Counted from the stretch's first letter, positions 41,546-53,754 are shown. The stretch: 64,000 nucleotides of DNA from Stegostoma tigrinum (GCF_030684315.1 NC_081397.1:15276421-15340420), one strand, 5' to 3'. The notes: generated from the letters alone by a model not told the origin. A program made the numbers and translations.

Positions 41546-41949
41546 TCTTCCTCAGTCACTGATAACATGTAAAGTTTCCTTCCATGTCTGTACCCAATAT
41601 CCACTCCATATATGGTTACATTGTTACAAGGACAACTTGAACTATTTACATACCTTGACTGTAACTTTAAAAATGCCCTTCCTCAACATGCATTCAATGC
41701 AGTTAGTGAGCATATATTTGTGAAGAAGATTCAATTGATCCCTCTTCAAATGCTTAAAAGAGACAATGGACTTTCAAAGATGAACTTTACTGGAACTGCA
41801 CCGGTTTATGGGGAAAGAGATACGTTTGTATTTTGTTGATGTTGTTTGACCCTTGGATTGAATGTATATATCTGGAATTTGAGCTCAGTGCAAGTCTCAC
41901 CCCTATGACTGTGGAAAGTAAATTCTCCACTCTGACAGTGCTAACATAC

Positions 41950-42051
41950 CTGCTGTTTGGTTGGAGCAGCTGGTAGATGCTGTACTGATGAAATATGACA
42001 CAGTCTTGGCCCATCAAGTATTTGCCTGGAGGAAGAAAGAACAGAATTCTC
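41950..42051 (-). other. Candidate 102-nt exon
   Basis: TTTACAG| acceptor, CAG|GTATGT donor; open in phase 0 (ENSVLSSSRQILDGPRL...KQQ). Confidence 0.45.
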
Positions 42052-42356
42052 CTGTAAATTAACATCCAACAATTTTGAAAATATTAGAACTGATCAAGGC
42101 AAAATTTAATTAATACTCACAATACTTCCTTGTTTTAAAGCCAACAATTCAAACAGAGAACACTTGGCTCGATAATTTACCTGGACTCCTCCTCATCTTT
42201 CTTTGTGCAAAATTCTAAAACAATTTATTAAGATACAAAAACTAACCAACACCTGTACAGTCCTTGAACTGAATGTTTACACATTTCAATACCCAGCTCC
42301 CAATACACTACCTATTTAAGGGAAGAACAACAGGCACTAAAAAAAATACGAGTGCT

Positions 42357-42388
42357 CTCTGATGAAGGGTTTAGGCCCGAAACGTCAG
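42357..42388 (+). ncRNA. Minimal type-I hammerhead ribozyme motif, core intact
   Basis: ct-CTGATGA-A-GGG-tttagg-CCC-GAAA-CGTC-ag: both conserved core boxes, 3-bp stem II, palindromic ACGT stem III, GUC cleavage triplet; stem I only 2 bp. Confidence 0.72.
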
Positions 42389-42486
42389 CTTTTGTGCTCC
42401 TGAGATGCTGCTTGGCCTGCTGTGTTCATCCAGCCTCACGTTTTATTATCTCGGATTCTCCAGCATCTGCAGTTCCCATTATCTCT
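42357..42486 (+). mobile_element. 130-bp PLE-derived mini-element starting at the hammerhead
   Basis: 12-bp TSD AATACGAGTGCT at 42345-42356 and 42487-42498. Confidence 0.88.
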
Positions 42487-42865
42487 AATACGAGTGCTGT
42501 GTTTATCCTTTACATGATTAACACGTTTGCATGGACTGTGACTTCTTTACGATTCAATGCCAATTCGCAACAAACAACGTGAAACAGAAGCTAAACGATG
42601 AATTACCATCAGCGTTCGGAGAATTAAATATCACAAGACTGACCCCCAACAACAGCTTCTTGCCGCTGTGTCTCCCTCAGCAGGCCCACACACAGCCCGA
42701 GAAAGGCCTCTCTCTCCCCGCCCCCAGGCCCAGGCCGCTCACTCCAAGTTCCGGGACCAGTTCCTGCTCTGCTCCGCTCCGCCTCTTACCAACAGCCCCC
42801 GGTTCTCCCTGAACTGAGCCCGAATCAATGCCGGTCTCGGAGCCCCCTCTGTGTCCCAGACTCAC

Positions 42866-43105
42866 ATCTCGATGCGCTGCTGGAAGGAGCCTGCTGTTCC
42901 CTCGCTTCCCTGTGCGCTGGTCTCTCCATTGCGGCCTGTCTCAAACAAACCTCTCCCACTCACTGACTCAATGCTCCTCAGTGGCAGCGCTGGGGGAGGA
43001 CCTCACGCATGCGCTCCTCCAGTCACAACAAGCAGCTTTTTTGTTGCCTTTGGCGGTTTTGGGAGGGGGGGCGGCGCGCAGAAACAACATCACGCATGCG
43101 CTGCA
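42866..43105 (-). promoter_or_regulatory. GC-rich promoter / first-exon-like segment
   Basis: CACGCATGCGC (NRF1-like) twice at ~43003 and 43091; GCAATGG at 42929; GTGAGT donor at 42865. Confidence 0.5.
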
Positions 43106-43145
43106 CTTCACAATGCTCCCCAGAAACAAACATCATTTGGTCATT

Positions 43146-43360
43146 GTCAGTCGGAACTGCAGACGCTGGAGAATCTGAGATAACAAGGTTTGAGCTGGAT
43201 AAACACAGCAGGCCCAGCAGCATCAGAGGAGCAGGAAGGCTGACATTCCAGGCCTCGACCCTTCTCTCTGAAATGGCTCCAGGCCCGAAACGTCAGCCTT
43301 CCTGCTTTTCTGTTGCTGTTTGACCTGCTATGTTCATCCAGCTCGACACCTTGTTAGAAA
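43146..43360. mobile_element. Fold-back PLE-derived mini-element
   Basis: Inverted arms around a disrupted hammerhead (GGCCCGAAACGTCAG); 9-bp direct repeat TTGGTCATT at 43137-43145 and 43361-43369. Confidence 0.8.
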
Positions 43361-43433
43361 TTGGTCATTTCCCTATTCCCTTCACTCTCAGTTAGAGCAA
43401 AGCCACTCCGTCCATTTAATGTGCTTCACTATT

Positions 43434-45225
43434 CATAGAACATAGAACATAACAGCACAGTACAGGCCCTTCGGCCCTCGACGTTGTGCCGACCTGTCAT
43501 ACCGATTTCAAGCCCATCTAACCTACACTATTCCATGTACGTCCATATGCTTATCCAATGACGACTTAAATGTACCGAAAGTTGGCAAATCTACTACTGA
43601 TGCAGGCAAAGCGTTCCATTCCCTTACTACTCTGAGTAAAGAAACTACCTCAGAAATCTGTCCTATATCTTTCACCCCTCAATTTAAAGCTATGCCCCCT
43701 CGTGCTCGCCGTCACCATCCTAGGAAAAAGGCTCTCCCTATCCACTCTACCTAACCCTCTGATTATTTTATATGTTTCAATTAAGTCACCTCTCAACCTT
43801 CTTCTCTCTAATAAAAACAGCCTCAAGTCCCTCAGCCTTTCCTCGTAAGACCTTCCCTCCATACCAGGCAACATCCCAGTAAATCTCCTCTGCACCCTTT
43901 ACAAAGCTTCCACATCCTCTCTTATAATGCGGTGACCAGAACTGTACACAGTACTCCAAGTGCGGCCGCACCAGAGTTTTGTACTGCTTCACCATAACCT
44001 CTTGGTTCCAGAACTCAATCCCACTATTAATAAAAGCTAAAACACTGTATGCCGCCTTAACAGCCCTGTCAACCTGGGTGGCAACTTTCAAGGATCTGTG
44101 TACATGGACACTGAGATCTCTCTGCTCATCTACACTGCTAAGAATCTTACCATGAGGCCTGTACTTTGCCTTCCGGTTACTCCTACCAAAGTGCATCACT
44201 TCACACTTGTCTGCATTAAACTCCATTTGCCACCTCTCAGCCCAGCTGTGCAGCTTATCGATGTCTCTCTGCAACATACAGCATCCTTCGTCACTATCCA
44301 CAACTCCACCGATCTTAGTGTCGTCTGCAAATTTACTAACCCATCCTTCTACGCCCTCATCCAGGTCATTTATACAAATGACAAACAGCAGTGGACCCAA
44401 CACCGACCCTTGCGGTACACCACTCGTAACTGGTCTCCAGGATGAACATTTCCCATCAACTACCACCCTCTTTTCTTTCAGCAAGCCAATTTCCGATCCA
44501 AACTGCTATATCTCCCACAATTCCATTCCTCCGCATTTTGTACAATAGCCTCTTGTGGGGAACCTTATCGAATTCCTTGCTGAAATCCATATACACCACA
44601 TCAACCAGTTTACACTCATCTACCTGTTTGGTCACCTTCTCAAAGAACTCAATAAGGTTTGTGAGGCACAACCTTCCCTTCACAAAACCGCGCTGACAAT
44701 CCCTAATCAATTTATTCTTTTCTGGATGATTATAAATCCTATCCCTTATATTGTTTTCCAACACTTTACCAACAACTGAGGTAAGGCTCAGTCGTGTATA
44801 ATTACCAGGGTTGTCTCTACTCCCCTTCTTGAACAGGGGAACCACATTTGCTATCCTCCAGTCATCTGGCACTACTCCTGTAGACAATGACGAGTTAAAG
44901 ATCAATGCCAAAGGCTCGGCAATCTCCTCCCTGGCCTCCCAGAGGATCAGAGGATAAATCCCATCCGGCCCAGGGGACTTATCTATCTTCACCTTCTGAA
45001 GAATTTCTAATACCTCTTCCGTGTGAAACTCAATCCCACCTAGTCTCATAGGCTGTATCTCAGTATTCTCCTCGATAACATTGTCATTTTCTAGAGTGAA
45101 CACTGTTGAAAAATATTCATTTAGCGCTTCCCCTATCTCATCTGACTCCACACACAACTTACCACTACTATCCTTGATTTGGCCTAATCTTACTTTCCTC
45201 ATTCTTTTATTTCTTAAATACCTAT
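43434..45225 (-). mobile_element. CR1-like LINE, 5'-truncated, young (RT with few frameshifts)
   Basis: ORFs 44456-45202 and 43786-44484: 'KSPGPDGIYP..DFSKEFDKVPH', 'GVPQGSVLGPLLF..KFADDTK'; CATAGAA tail repeats. Confidence 0.96.
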
Positions 45226-45228
45226 ACC

Positions 45229-45655
45229 TCGGCCCGAAATGTCACCTTTCCTACTTCTAAGATGCTGCTTGGCCTGCTGTGTTCATCCAGCTCCACAGCT
45301 TGTTATCTTGGATTATCCAGCATCTGCGGTTCTATTTATTGCTGATACAAACAGATCAAATTGTTACTGAGTTACAATGACCATATATGGAGTAGGTATT
45401 GAGTACAAATATGGAAGGTAACTTTTGATGTTATCAGTGACTGAGGAGGACAGAAATAATAAACAAAAACAGAATTTTCGGGTAGAGCTCAGCAGGCCTG
45501 GCAGCATCTGTGAAGAGAAATCAGAATTAATGTTTCGGATCCATGTGACCTTTGTGCAGAACAGTGGAAGTGTTTGAAAAGTTAACTATGATTTCTCTTC
45601 ACATGCTGCCAGACCTGCTTTGCGTTTCCAGCAAATTCCATTTTTGTTACTGACA
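45229..45655. mobile_element. Two adjacent PLE-derived mini-elements (single arm 45229-45345; fold-back 45460-45650)
   Basis: Homology to the other copies; inverted GGCAGCATCTGTGAAGAGAAATCA / TGATTTCTCTTCACATGCTGCC arms. Confidence 0.7.
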
Positions 45656-46459
45656 TACAGCACCGGAAGTTTTTTTGAATTTTTATTTAGGACTAAAATA
45701 ATCTTTTGATGAATACATGTCCCATACAAAGACACAGAAATTAAATAATGTGAAATACAAATGCACTTTCCCTGCCAAAGCCTGACAAGTAGAGAATGCA
45801 ACATGGACTGCCAGATGCAGAATAAAACTCTGCAAATAAATAAAACAAAAAATCCTAGTACAAGGTAAAACTAAGTATCTGTGATACCATAGAACCCTAA
45901 AAAACGAAACAGCACACACTGACTCACAGGGCCAGCTTTTTAAAAAGAAAAATTAGCTTGTCTGTCCATTTCTACATGATATCTTTATCCTGATACACTA
46001 TACCACAGATGGATAAATGAAAATGCCTCAGAAATACAGACCTGGTACATGTCAGCAGGAGGCCATTCAGCCCATTGTGCTTGCTCTAGAACATTTGTAC
46101 TCTTTGACTGACAGAAAGCTCATAAACAACAAATGGAAATGGGATGAAAGCTCACTCTCTACACCCTCATAACTATTCTCTCAGATTGAAGCACAGTCAC
46201 AGAATATCACTGGTGGCCAGAGAATAAAACCACTTTGATGCACAAGAGTAGAAATTGATTATTTTGGATTGAGAACTTCACTCACACAGTCACACAGCAA
46301 AAACTGGTATATTTGCAACAATTACTAAACTCATAAATGGACCTAACAGAAACGGAAAGGCATACATTAATAGTTGCTCTTGTTCACGTTGCAGTAACTG
46401 ACAAGAAGAGAATGATGATAACAGACACATTCTCATTGTTCAAAACAGGAGAGGGGTTC

Positions 46460-47170
46460 GACAGTTAATGGGAGGGCCCTGGGAAGTGTTCCCCAACAAA
46501 GACACCAAGGTGCTTGTGTGCGTAGTTCATTGAAAGTGGAGTCGCAAGTAGATAAGGTGGTGAAGCAAGTGTTTGCCTTCATTGGTCAGTGTATTGAGAA
46601 TAGGAGTTGAGATGTCACGTTGTGGCTGTACAGGAAATTTGTTGAGTCCCACTTTTACTGCTTGAAGTTGTAGCCAACCTGCCGTGGGAAGGAAGTTGTT
46701 GAACTGGAGAGGGTGCAGAAAGTATTTACAAAGATGTTGCCTGGACTAGATGGTGTGAACTGTTTGGAGAGGGTGAACAGGCTCGGGCTTTCTACCCTGC
46801 AGCATCAGAGACTGAGGGGTGACCTTATAGAGGTTTATAAAATCATGAGGGGCATGGATAGGGTGAATAGCCATGGTCTTTCTTTCTTGGGTGGAGGAGC
46901 CCAAACCTTAAGGGCATGGTGAGAGGGTCAATGTTAAAAGAGACCTGAGGGAGATTTCTTTAGTGCAGAGTGTGCGGCATGTTTGGAACAAGCTGACAGA
47001 GGTACACCTTGTGGAGGGTACAATGATAAGTTTTAAACACCATTGGACGGGTAGATGAACAGGTCGACATGAGAGGGATATGTGCAAAATGCTGGCAAAT
47101 GGGACGAGATCAGATTGGGATGTTAATCTATTGCAGACCAATTGGATGAAAGGGTCTGTTCCCATTCTGT
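46460..47170 (+). mobile_element. CR1-like 3' fragment
   Basis: 'QKVFTKMLPGL..RLRGDLIEVYKIMRGMDRV' plus tail. Confidence 0.85.
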
Positions 47171-48115
47171 TTCACTCATGGACGCTGTGATGCTCGAGCT
47201 GATTCTGTACATAAATACAGATACTGCAAGGACAGGTCAGAGTCTGGGTATCCTGCAGTGAGTGTCTGGTCTCCTGCTTCCCCAAATCCTGTCCAACATC
47301 TAATGTGATCAAGTCAGGAATGTGATAGTTTAGCCCCACTTACCCGGATGAATGCAGCTCCAAAAACACACCAGAAGCAAGGTACCATCCAGGAGAGTAA
47401 CACTTGATTGGCTGCACATCCGCAAACGTCCATTCCCTCAAACACCAATGCTCAAGCAGCAATGTGTACCTTCCAGAAGATGCACAGCTGGAATTCACCA
47501 ACGCTCCATAGACAGTGCCTTCCAAGCCCACGACCACTTCCATCTAGATACCACTGTGACACAGGGTGCCATCCAATACTTATGTGTTGCTTCAGTGAGA
47601 ATGTCCCATTTCTTTCATTTCTCTGTATGTTCTTTCAACATTGAATTAATATTTACGGGATAAAGGTCAAGGTGAATGAATACTACAGTTAACAGCTCAC
47701 TTGGATCAGATATTGTCATTGTACAGTGGAGCAAATTGAATGGGCCAAATTTTAAATCTGCTGCTTTGATTCCTTGCAGGAGTGAAACTGCAGACCTTGG
47801 ACAAAGACTCGGGGTACAGTCAGAATTCAGGGCCATCGCAGTATTTCGTCAACCAGTCACCAGATCATGCGGGGAGAGGGCCACAGCCACCCCTCTTGAA
47901 GATGCAGTTACCGCATTAATCTTTAGCTCAGATTGGAAAGCGAGAGTGATGATGCTCTGATTCTTGCAGTGCAATACATTTTGTGTTACAGTAATCCAAT
48001 GCAACGGGATCACTGTACCCTTCCCCTTATTCTATATGACCAATCGTTTGAAACTCCTAATTGGAGATGGACCCACCATTAGCCAGGCCAAGGTTTGACA
48101 CAATCTCATAATGAG

Positions 48116-48204
48116 TTTTGAGAAGATTTGTAGCTCAGGTTGAGGTTCTGGATGTGAGTTGGCTCACTGAGCTGGAAGGTTAGTTTGCAGACGTTTCGTC
48201 ACCC
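48116..48204 (-). mobile_element. PLE pLTR arm (3' half of hammerhead plus tail)
   Basis: Reverse complement begins GGGTGAC-GAAAC-GTC-TG, homologous to 34165-34215; inverted partner at 52722-52777. Confidence 0.75.
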
Positions 48205-48505
48205 TTTTTTTATTTGAAAAAATATACTTTTTTCATAAGATGTACAAAAAATAACACATTTACACACCTACCCAGTCATGCAGACCGCTTTGAGTTACCC
48301 AGGGGGTACATACACCAACTAAAGGAAAAAAAACAAACAAAGAAGAAAAAAAACAAAGCAAAGAAAATACCCCGGCAGTCGTCCACCCGCACAGTCCCCG
48401 TTGGCCCCCTGGCCAGTTGGGGAAGGCTCCAGCTGGGCCCAGTTACCAGATATGGCCCTTTTTACCATTCTGGATGAGGGGTTTCATACAGTGGTCTTTC
48501 CCCAC
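48205..48505 (-). mobile_element. Inverted ~300-bp copy of the Tx1 3' end (ORF2 stop, 3' UTR, poly(A))
   Basis: Reverse complement of 52432-52721, roughly 85% identical by eye; encodes terminal WGKTTV*. Confidence 0.92.
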
Positions 48506-51500
48506 CCCGACAACCCGGAGTCGATGGAGGAGGCGTCAGGTGATCCAGGGATGGGCGACGGTCCGGAAAGCAAGGAGGAGGGTGCGCCTGCAGGCCCAGT
48601 CACCGCAACCATCAGGCGGTAAGAGACAGCTGCAGGGGGGCTATAAGAGCTCCTCTGATGAGGGAGATTCGGAGGCGGCCCGCCCAAAGCAGAAGCTATA
48701 GATCTCAAGGGAGAAGGAAAGCAGCACCCCGCTTCCAGGTGACGGGAGGCGTCCTGAGGCTCTCTCCGACACCCAGCCACGTGCCGCTGGCGCCCTGGAG
48801 GGCCCCCTGGAATTTTCAGGTGGGAAGGAGAAAACAGCATGTCCCCAGCCTGACCCAGAGCCAGACTCTCCTGCCTCCCAACCCCCGCCGGGTGGATGCC
48901 ACCCAGAAGGCAGCACACACGGATTCCTGAGCCTGGAGATCGTCCAGCAGTTATCCCGGGCAATGGGCATGAAGGGACAGATGGATGGGCTGGACCTTGA
49001 ACTTGGGGAGGGTACTGTGTTCACTGCCCACAATGGGGGTATGAGTTGCGAGCATTAATGTGCGCAGCGTCAAGTCCACCGCAAGATGTGTGTCCATGTT
49101 GGCCAACCTGACCACCGTCAAGGCGGACCTCCTGTTTCTACAGGACTGTGGGATACTGCACCTCAGCAGGCACAGGGAAAAGGTCCAGCGCCTGGACCTG
49201 TGGGCCTTTGATCTGGTCGGGTGGTAACGACTGTCGCTCCTCGGGCCTGGCTATTCTGCTGCGGGGGCGCGACTTCGCCATCTCTCAAGTTCAGGAGGTG
49301 GTGGGGGGTCGCCACCTCGTGGTTGATGTCACCGACAGGAACGCTCTCCGGAGGCTGATCAATGTGTCCGCCCCAGCGGTACGGAGTGAGCGGTTGGCCG
49401 TCCTGCAGCGGCTTCCACCCCTGCTGGCTACGTCCAGGCCGGTCATCCTAGGCGGAGACTTCAACTGCATCATTGATGCAGATGGAAGATCCGGTGTGGG
49501 GATAGTGGGTGGAGGGAGTCAACTGGTCGTCATGTCCAGATTCCTGATGGGCACGATGAATGACGCCAATCTGCTCGACGTCTTCTGTATCCCTGCCGAC
49601 GGAGCCCAGCGGAGATGCACCTGGTCACGGCCAGACGGGTCTATCCGCTCAAGGATAGACTTCCTGTTTGTGTCACGGGTGTTCTCGCTCAGCTCCACCG
49701 ACATCGAGCCGGTGTTCTTCTCTGACCACTGCCTCCTGCTGGCCGACTGTCACTTACAGGATGACCAGCAGGCCGGCAAGGGAACGTGGAAGCTCAACAC
49801 GACTCTGTTGACCCCAGAGAACGTCAAGGAGCTTAAGAGGGAGTACTCCAGTTGGAGAACAGTGAAACCCCTCTTTGAGACTCCGGGCAACTGGTGGGAG
49901 ACAGTGAAGGAGAACATCAAGAGGTTCTTTGTCCTCAAGGGTGTTCGGAAGGCGAGAGAGAGGCAGGGAAAGCTGTCACTACTCCAGAAAAGGGTGCAGA
50001 ACTTACTCCTTCTGCAGTCGATGGCGGTCGAAGTCACGGAGGACCTCCGAGGTGAGGGGCCAGCAAGTCTCACTCTTTGCCGCGGAGGCCTCCAGGATAA
50101 TCTTCCAGTCCAGGGTCTGCTCCGTGGAGCAGGACAAGACGTGCTCGCATTTCTTCTTTCAGAAGGTGCACCAGGAAAGCTCTGTGCTCAGCCGGCTGAA
50201 GGAGGATGATGGCTCGGTGACGTCGTTCTTGGCCCGACATTTTGAGGATCAGCAGATCCTTCTATGCCGGACTGTACGACGTGAAGCCGACAGACAGCAT
50301 GGCCTCCAAGTCGTTCCTGTCATCTATCACAGAGGTCTTAGATAACAGCACGAGGGAGTGGCTGGACCGGCCGATATCCCTGGATGAGCTGACTAGAGTC
50401 CTCAAGTCCTTGGTGTGGAATAAGACTCCTGGGAGCAACGGCTTACCGGTCGTGCTGTATTCCGCTCTGTGGGACCTGGTCGGCCAGGACATGCTGGAGG
50501 TGTACGATAGTGCGCTTCGGGCAGGGGAAATGTGCAAGTCCATGACGAAGGGCATCATCACCCTCATTTACAAGAGGAAGGGGGAGAGGGAAGAAATTAA
50601 GAATTGGCGTCCCATTTCATTATTGAACATGGACTACAAAATCCTGGCCAAGGCCATAGCCAACCGGGTCAGGTCTGTCCTGGAGTCGATAATTCACCCG
50701 AACCAAACCTGTGCTGTGCCTGGCAGGAAGATCACTGAAAGCCTCACGCTGATCAGGGATATGATCGCCTACGTGGAGGACAGGAGGGTGGACACCTGCC
50801 TCGTCAGCCTGGACCAGGAGAAGGCCTTTGACAGGGTCTCTCATGCTTACGTGAGGGACATGCTCTCCAAATTGGGGTTTAGGGCAGGCATCCGCAATTG
50901 GATCCAGCTGCTCTACACCAACATCGTTAGCGCAGACTCGATCACCAGGTGGGAATTGGGCAATTTTCCCGTCAGATCTGGAGTCAGGCAGGGCTGCTCA
51001 TTCTCTCCTGCCTTGTTCATGAGCTGTATGAAGCCCTTTGCCGCAACATCAGGGAGGACGTGAATCTGAAGTGCGTGACTATCCCAGACAGCGGAGGCCT
51101 TCAGGTCAAGACCTCCCTGTACATGGACGATGTCGCCATCTTCTGCACTGATCGTTGGTTGGTGGGGTAGGCTGTTGGACATCTGCGGCCAGTTTGAACT
51201 GGCCTCGGGTGCCAAAGTCAATAGGGGTAAGAGCGTGGCCATGTTCTTCGGGAACTGGGACGACTGCCCCTTCATCCCCTTCACCGTCAGGACAGTCTAC
51301 CTGAAGGTGCTCTGTGTTTGTTTCAATGGAGCTGGAGCGTTCACTAAGACTTGGGAGGAGCATATCACCAAACTGAAGCAGAAGCTGGACAGGTGGACGC
51401 TCCGGTCCCCCTCCATCGCGGGTAAGAACCTGTTTTTCAGGTGCGAGGAGCTTTCGGTACTGTTGTATGTGGCGCAGGCCTGGCCTATTCTCTGGACCTG

Positions 51501-52721
51501 AGCCGCTGCGATCACCCGGGCCATCTTCCAGTTCATTTGGGGGTCAAGGATGGACTGGGTCCGTAGGGACACCATGTACAATAACCTGGAAAACGCGGGA
51601 AATGATGTACCGAACGCCACCCTCGCCCTGATGGCTACCTTTGTGTGCGGCTGCATCAAGCTGTGAGTAGATCCTCAGTACGCAAACACCAAGTGTCACT
51701 ACTTACTGAGGTTCTACCTGTCCCCTGGTGTTGTGAAGGATGGGCCTGGCCTTGTTGCCGCAGAACGCTCCGAGTTGTTGTACCGTTCCATAACACCTGT
51801 CCTTAGTGGAGAAATTTTTGAAAGGAAACCCCTTTGACCACAAGGCCGTCAGGCAGTGGTCAGCACATCGTATCCTCGAGACTCGTTGGGAAAAGGAGAG
51901 GGTGGATCCCGTCGTGTGGTTCCCCATGCAGACTGCCAAAGTGGTTCGGCAGAATGCCTCATCACCAGAACTTTCAAACAAGCACAAGGACATTGCTTGG
52001 CTGGCGGTGAGAGGGGCTCTGCCAGTGAGATCCTTTATGCATGCCCGGAATCTCTGCGCCACCGCACGCTGCCCTCGAGGTGGCTGCGGGGGTGCTGAGA
52101 CTGTCAATCACCTCCTTCTGGAGTGTGCCTATGCACAGGAGGTCTGGAGGGGGATGCAGTGGTATTTGTCGAGGTTCGTCCCGAGCAGCTCCGTGACATG
52201 AGACTCTGTGCTCTACGGGCTGCTTCCCGGGACGCACATTGAGACCAACATCATCTGCAACTGGAGGACTATCAATGCGGTGAAAGACGCTCTTTGGTCT
52301 GCCCGCAACTTGCTGGTCTGCCAGCTGAAAGAACTGACCCTGACTGAGTGTTGCAGACCGGCTCACTCCAAGGTCCAGGACTACGTGCTGAGGGACGCTC
52401 TAAAGCTCGGGGCAGCTGCCGCGAAGGCGCCGTGGGGAAAACCACCGTATGAAACCCCTCGCCCAGAATAGAAAAAAGGTCCCTATCTGGTAACTGGGCC
52501 CAGCTGGTACCTTCCTCAACTAGTTAGGGGGCCAACGGGGACTGTGCAGGGAGACGACTGCCGGGGTATTTTCTTTGTTTTTTTTTCTTCTTTGTTTTGT
52601 TTTTGCCTTTCGTTGGTGTATGTACTCCCTGGCTAACCCGGAGCGGCTTGCATGACTGGGTCAGGGTATAAGTTTTTTTGTACATTGTATGAATAAAGTA
52701 TGTTTTCTCAAATTAAAAAAA
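48506..52721 (+). mobile_element. Tx1-clade (L1 superfamily) non-LTR retrotransposon, 5'-truncated and decayed
   Basis: ORF1 tail; ORF2 from ATG 49033 with APE (GGDFNC, SRIDF, FSDH), RT (NWRPISLLNMDYKILAK, LDQEKAFDRV, GVRQGC, YMDD at 51120) and CCHC knuckle (CPRGGCGGAETVNHLLLEC); AATAAA at 52692 and poly(A); multiple stops and frameshifts. Confidence 0.93.
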
Positions 52722-52777
52722 GCGACGAAATGGCTGAAAAATGAACCTTCAAGCTCAGTGAGCAAACTCACATCCAG
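52722..52777 (+). mobile_element. PLE pLTR arm (3' half of hammerhead, tail-less)
   Basis: GCGAC-GAAAT-GGC-TG...GCTCAGTGAGCAAACTCACATCCAG is an inverted repeat of 48148-48204. Confidence 0.75.
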
Positions 52778-53245
52778 GATGTTGCCACAGTTGGAGAGTT
52801 TGAGTTTCATGGAGAGAGTGAATAGACAGGGCTTATTGTGGTTTGTTTTGCAGCTTGTTTTCCATGGAGTGTCAGAGGCTGGGTGGTGACCGTATAGAAG
52901 ATTATTCACGCTGTCCATGCCCCTCTTAATTTTATAATCAAGTTCTTTTGCCCACGGAAGAGGAGTCCAAATCTGGAGGGCATGGGTTTTGGATGAGAAA
53001 ACTATGATTTAAAGGGAACTTAAGGTGGGCAATGTTTGCACACAGAGAGTGGTGCGTAATTGCAGTGAGCTGCCAGAGGAAGTGGAGGAGTTGAGTACAG
53101 CTACAACATTTAAAAGGCATCTGGACGGGTATATGAATAGGAAGGGCTTAGAGTGATGTGGGTCAAATGCTGGCAAATAGGACTAGATTAATTTCGGATA
53201 TCTGGAAGCCATGGATGAGGTGGACCCACGAGTGTTGTACAATCG
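52778..53245 (+). mobile_element. CR1-like 3' fragment, paralogous to 27215-27660
   Basis: Same position and orientation relative to H2B, with shared idiosyncratic end (GAGGTGGACCCA(C/A)GAGTG(T/C)TGTAC). Confidence 0.8.
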
Positions 53246-53584
53246 TCCACACTGCATGAATAGTGTCAGGTGGATAACTGCACTCCCATTTTCAGATCGC
53301 AGAGACTGACAGATATTCGACAAAGTTTCCCTCATTTAAAATCGAATTCTTAACACAATACAGCTTATTGTGTACTGCAGAAATTACAGAGTGAAGAAAC
53401 AAAATAATGTTATACATGAAACGTTGCTGTGAGCAGAATAAATGCATTGTCGCAAATAAAACCTCTCAGGTACTGTGTTCATTAAATGGCAACAACTAGT
53501 TACATTTAAAGTGATCGGTATACAAAATTTCGTTTGTGTTTCACTTTCCGTTGCATATCCTGGCAGATCCACGTTGTGTCCCAC

Positions 53585-53705
53585 AGTAACCAATCACAGA
53601 AAAGCTAATCACATGGTCTGAGATTCTTCAAAACTGCCCAATCATGAACCAGAGTTTCCCCCATCCCTCATTAGCATTGCTGACGTGGTCAGGCTATAAA
53701 AAGCG
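53585..53705 (+). promoter_or_regulatory. H2B promoter: two CCAAT boxes, ATTAGCAT octamer variant, TGACGT, TATA
   Basis: CTCATTAGCATTGCTGACGTGGTCAGGCTATAAAAAG. Confidence 0.8.
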
Positions 53706-53754
53706 AGCTCCGCGCCCATTTTCCTTTATTGTGTGTCTGGAAGTGATCGTTTCT

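Noticed and set aside
43786-45202. Host reverse-transcriptase gene or active LINE
   Set aside because: 5'-truncated, frameshifted CR1 copy with no endonuclease or ORF1.
48205-52721. RT element with terminal inverted repeats (DIRS-like or DNA transposon)
   Set aside because: Domains are APE-RT-CCHC with poly(A); no tyrosine recombinase or transposase; the repeats are duplicated 3' ends.
53644-53754. 37-aa N-terminal extension of H2B
   Set aside because: The upstream ATG lies 5' of the TATA box; the paralog supports the start at 53755.
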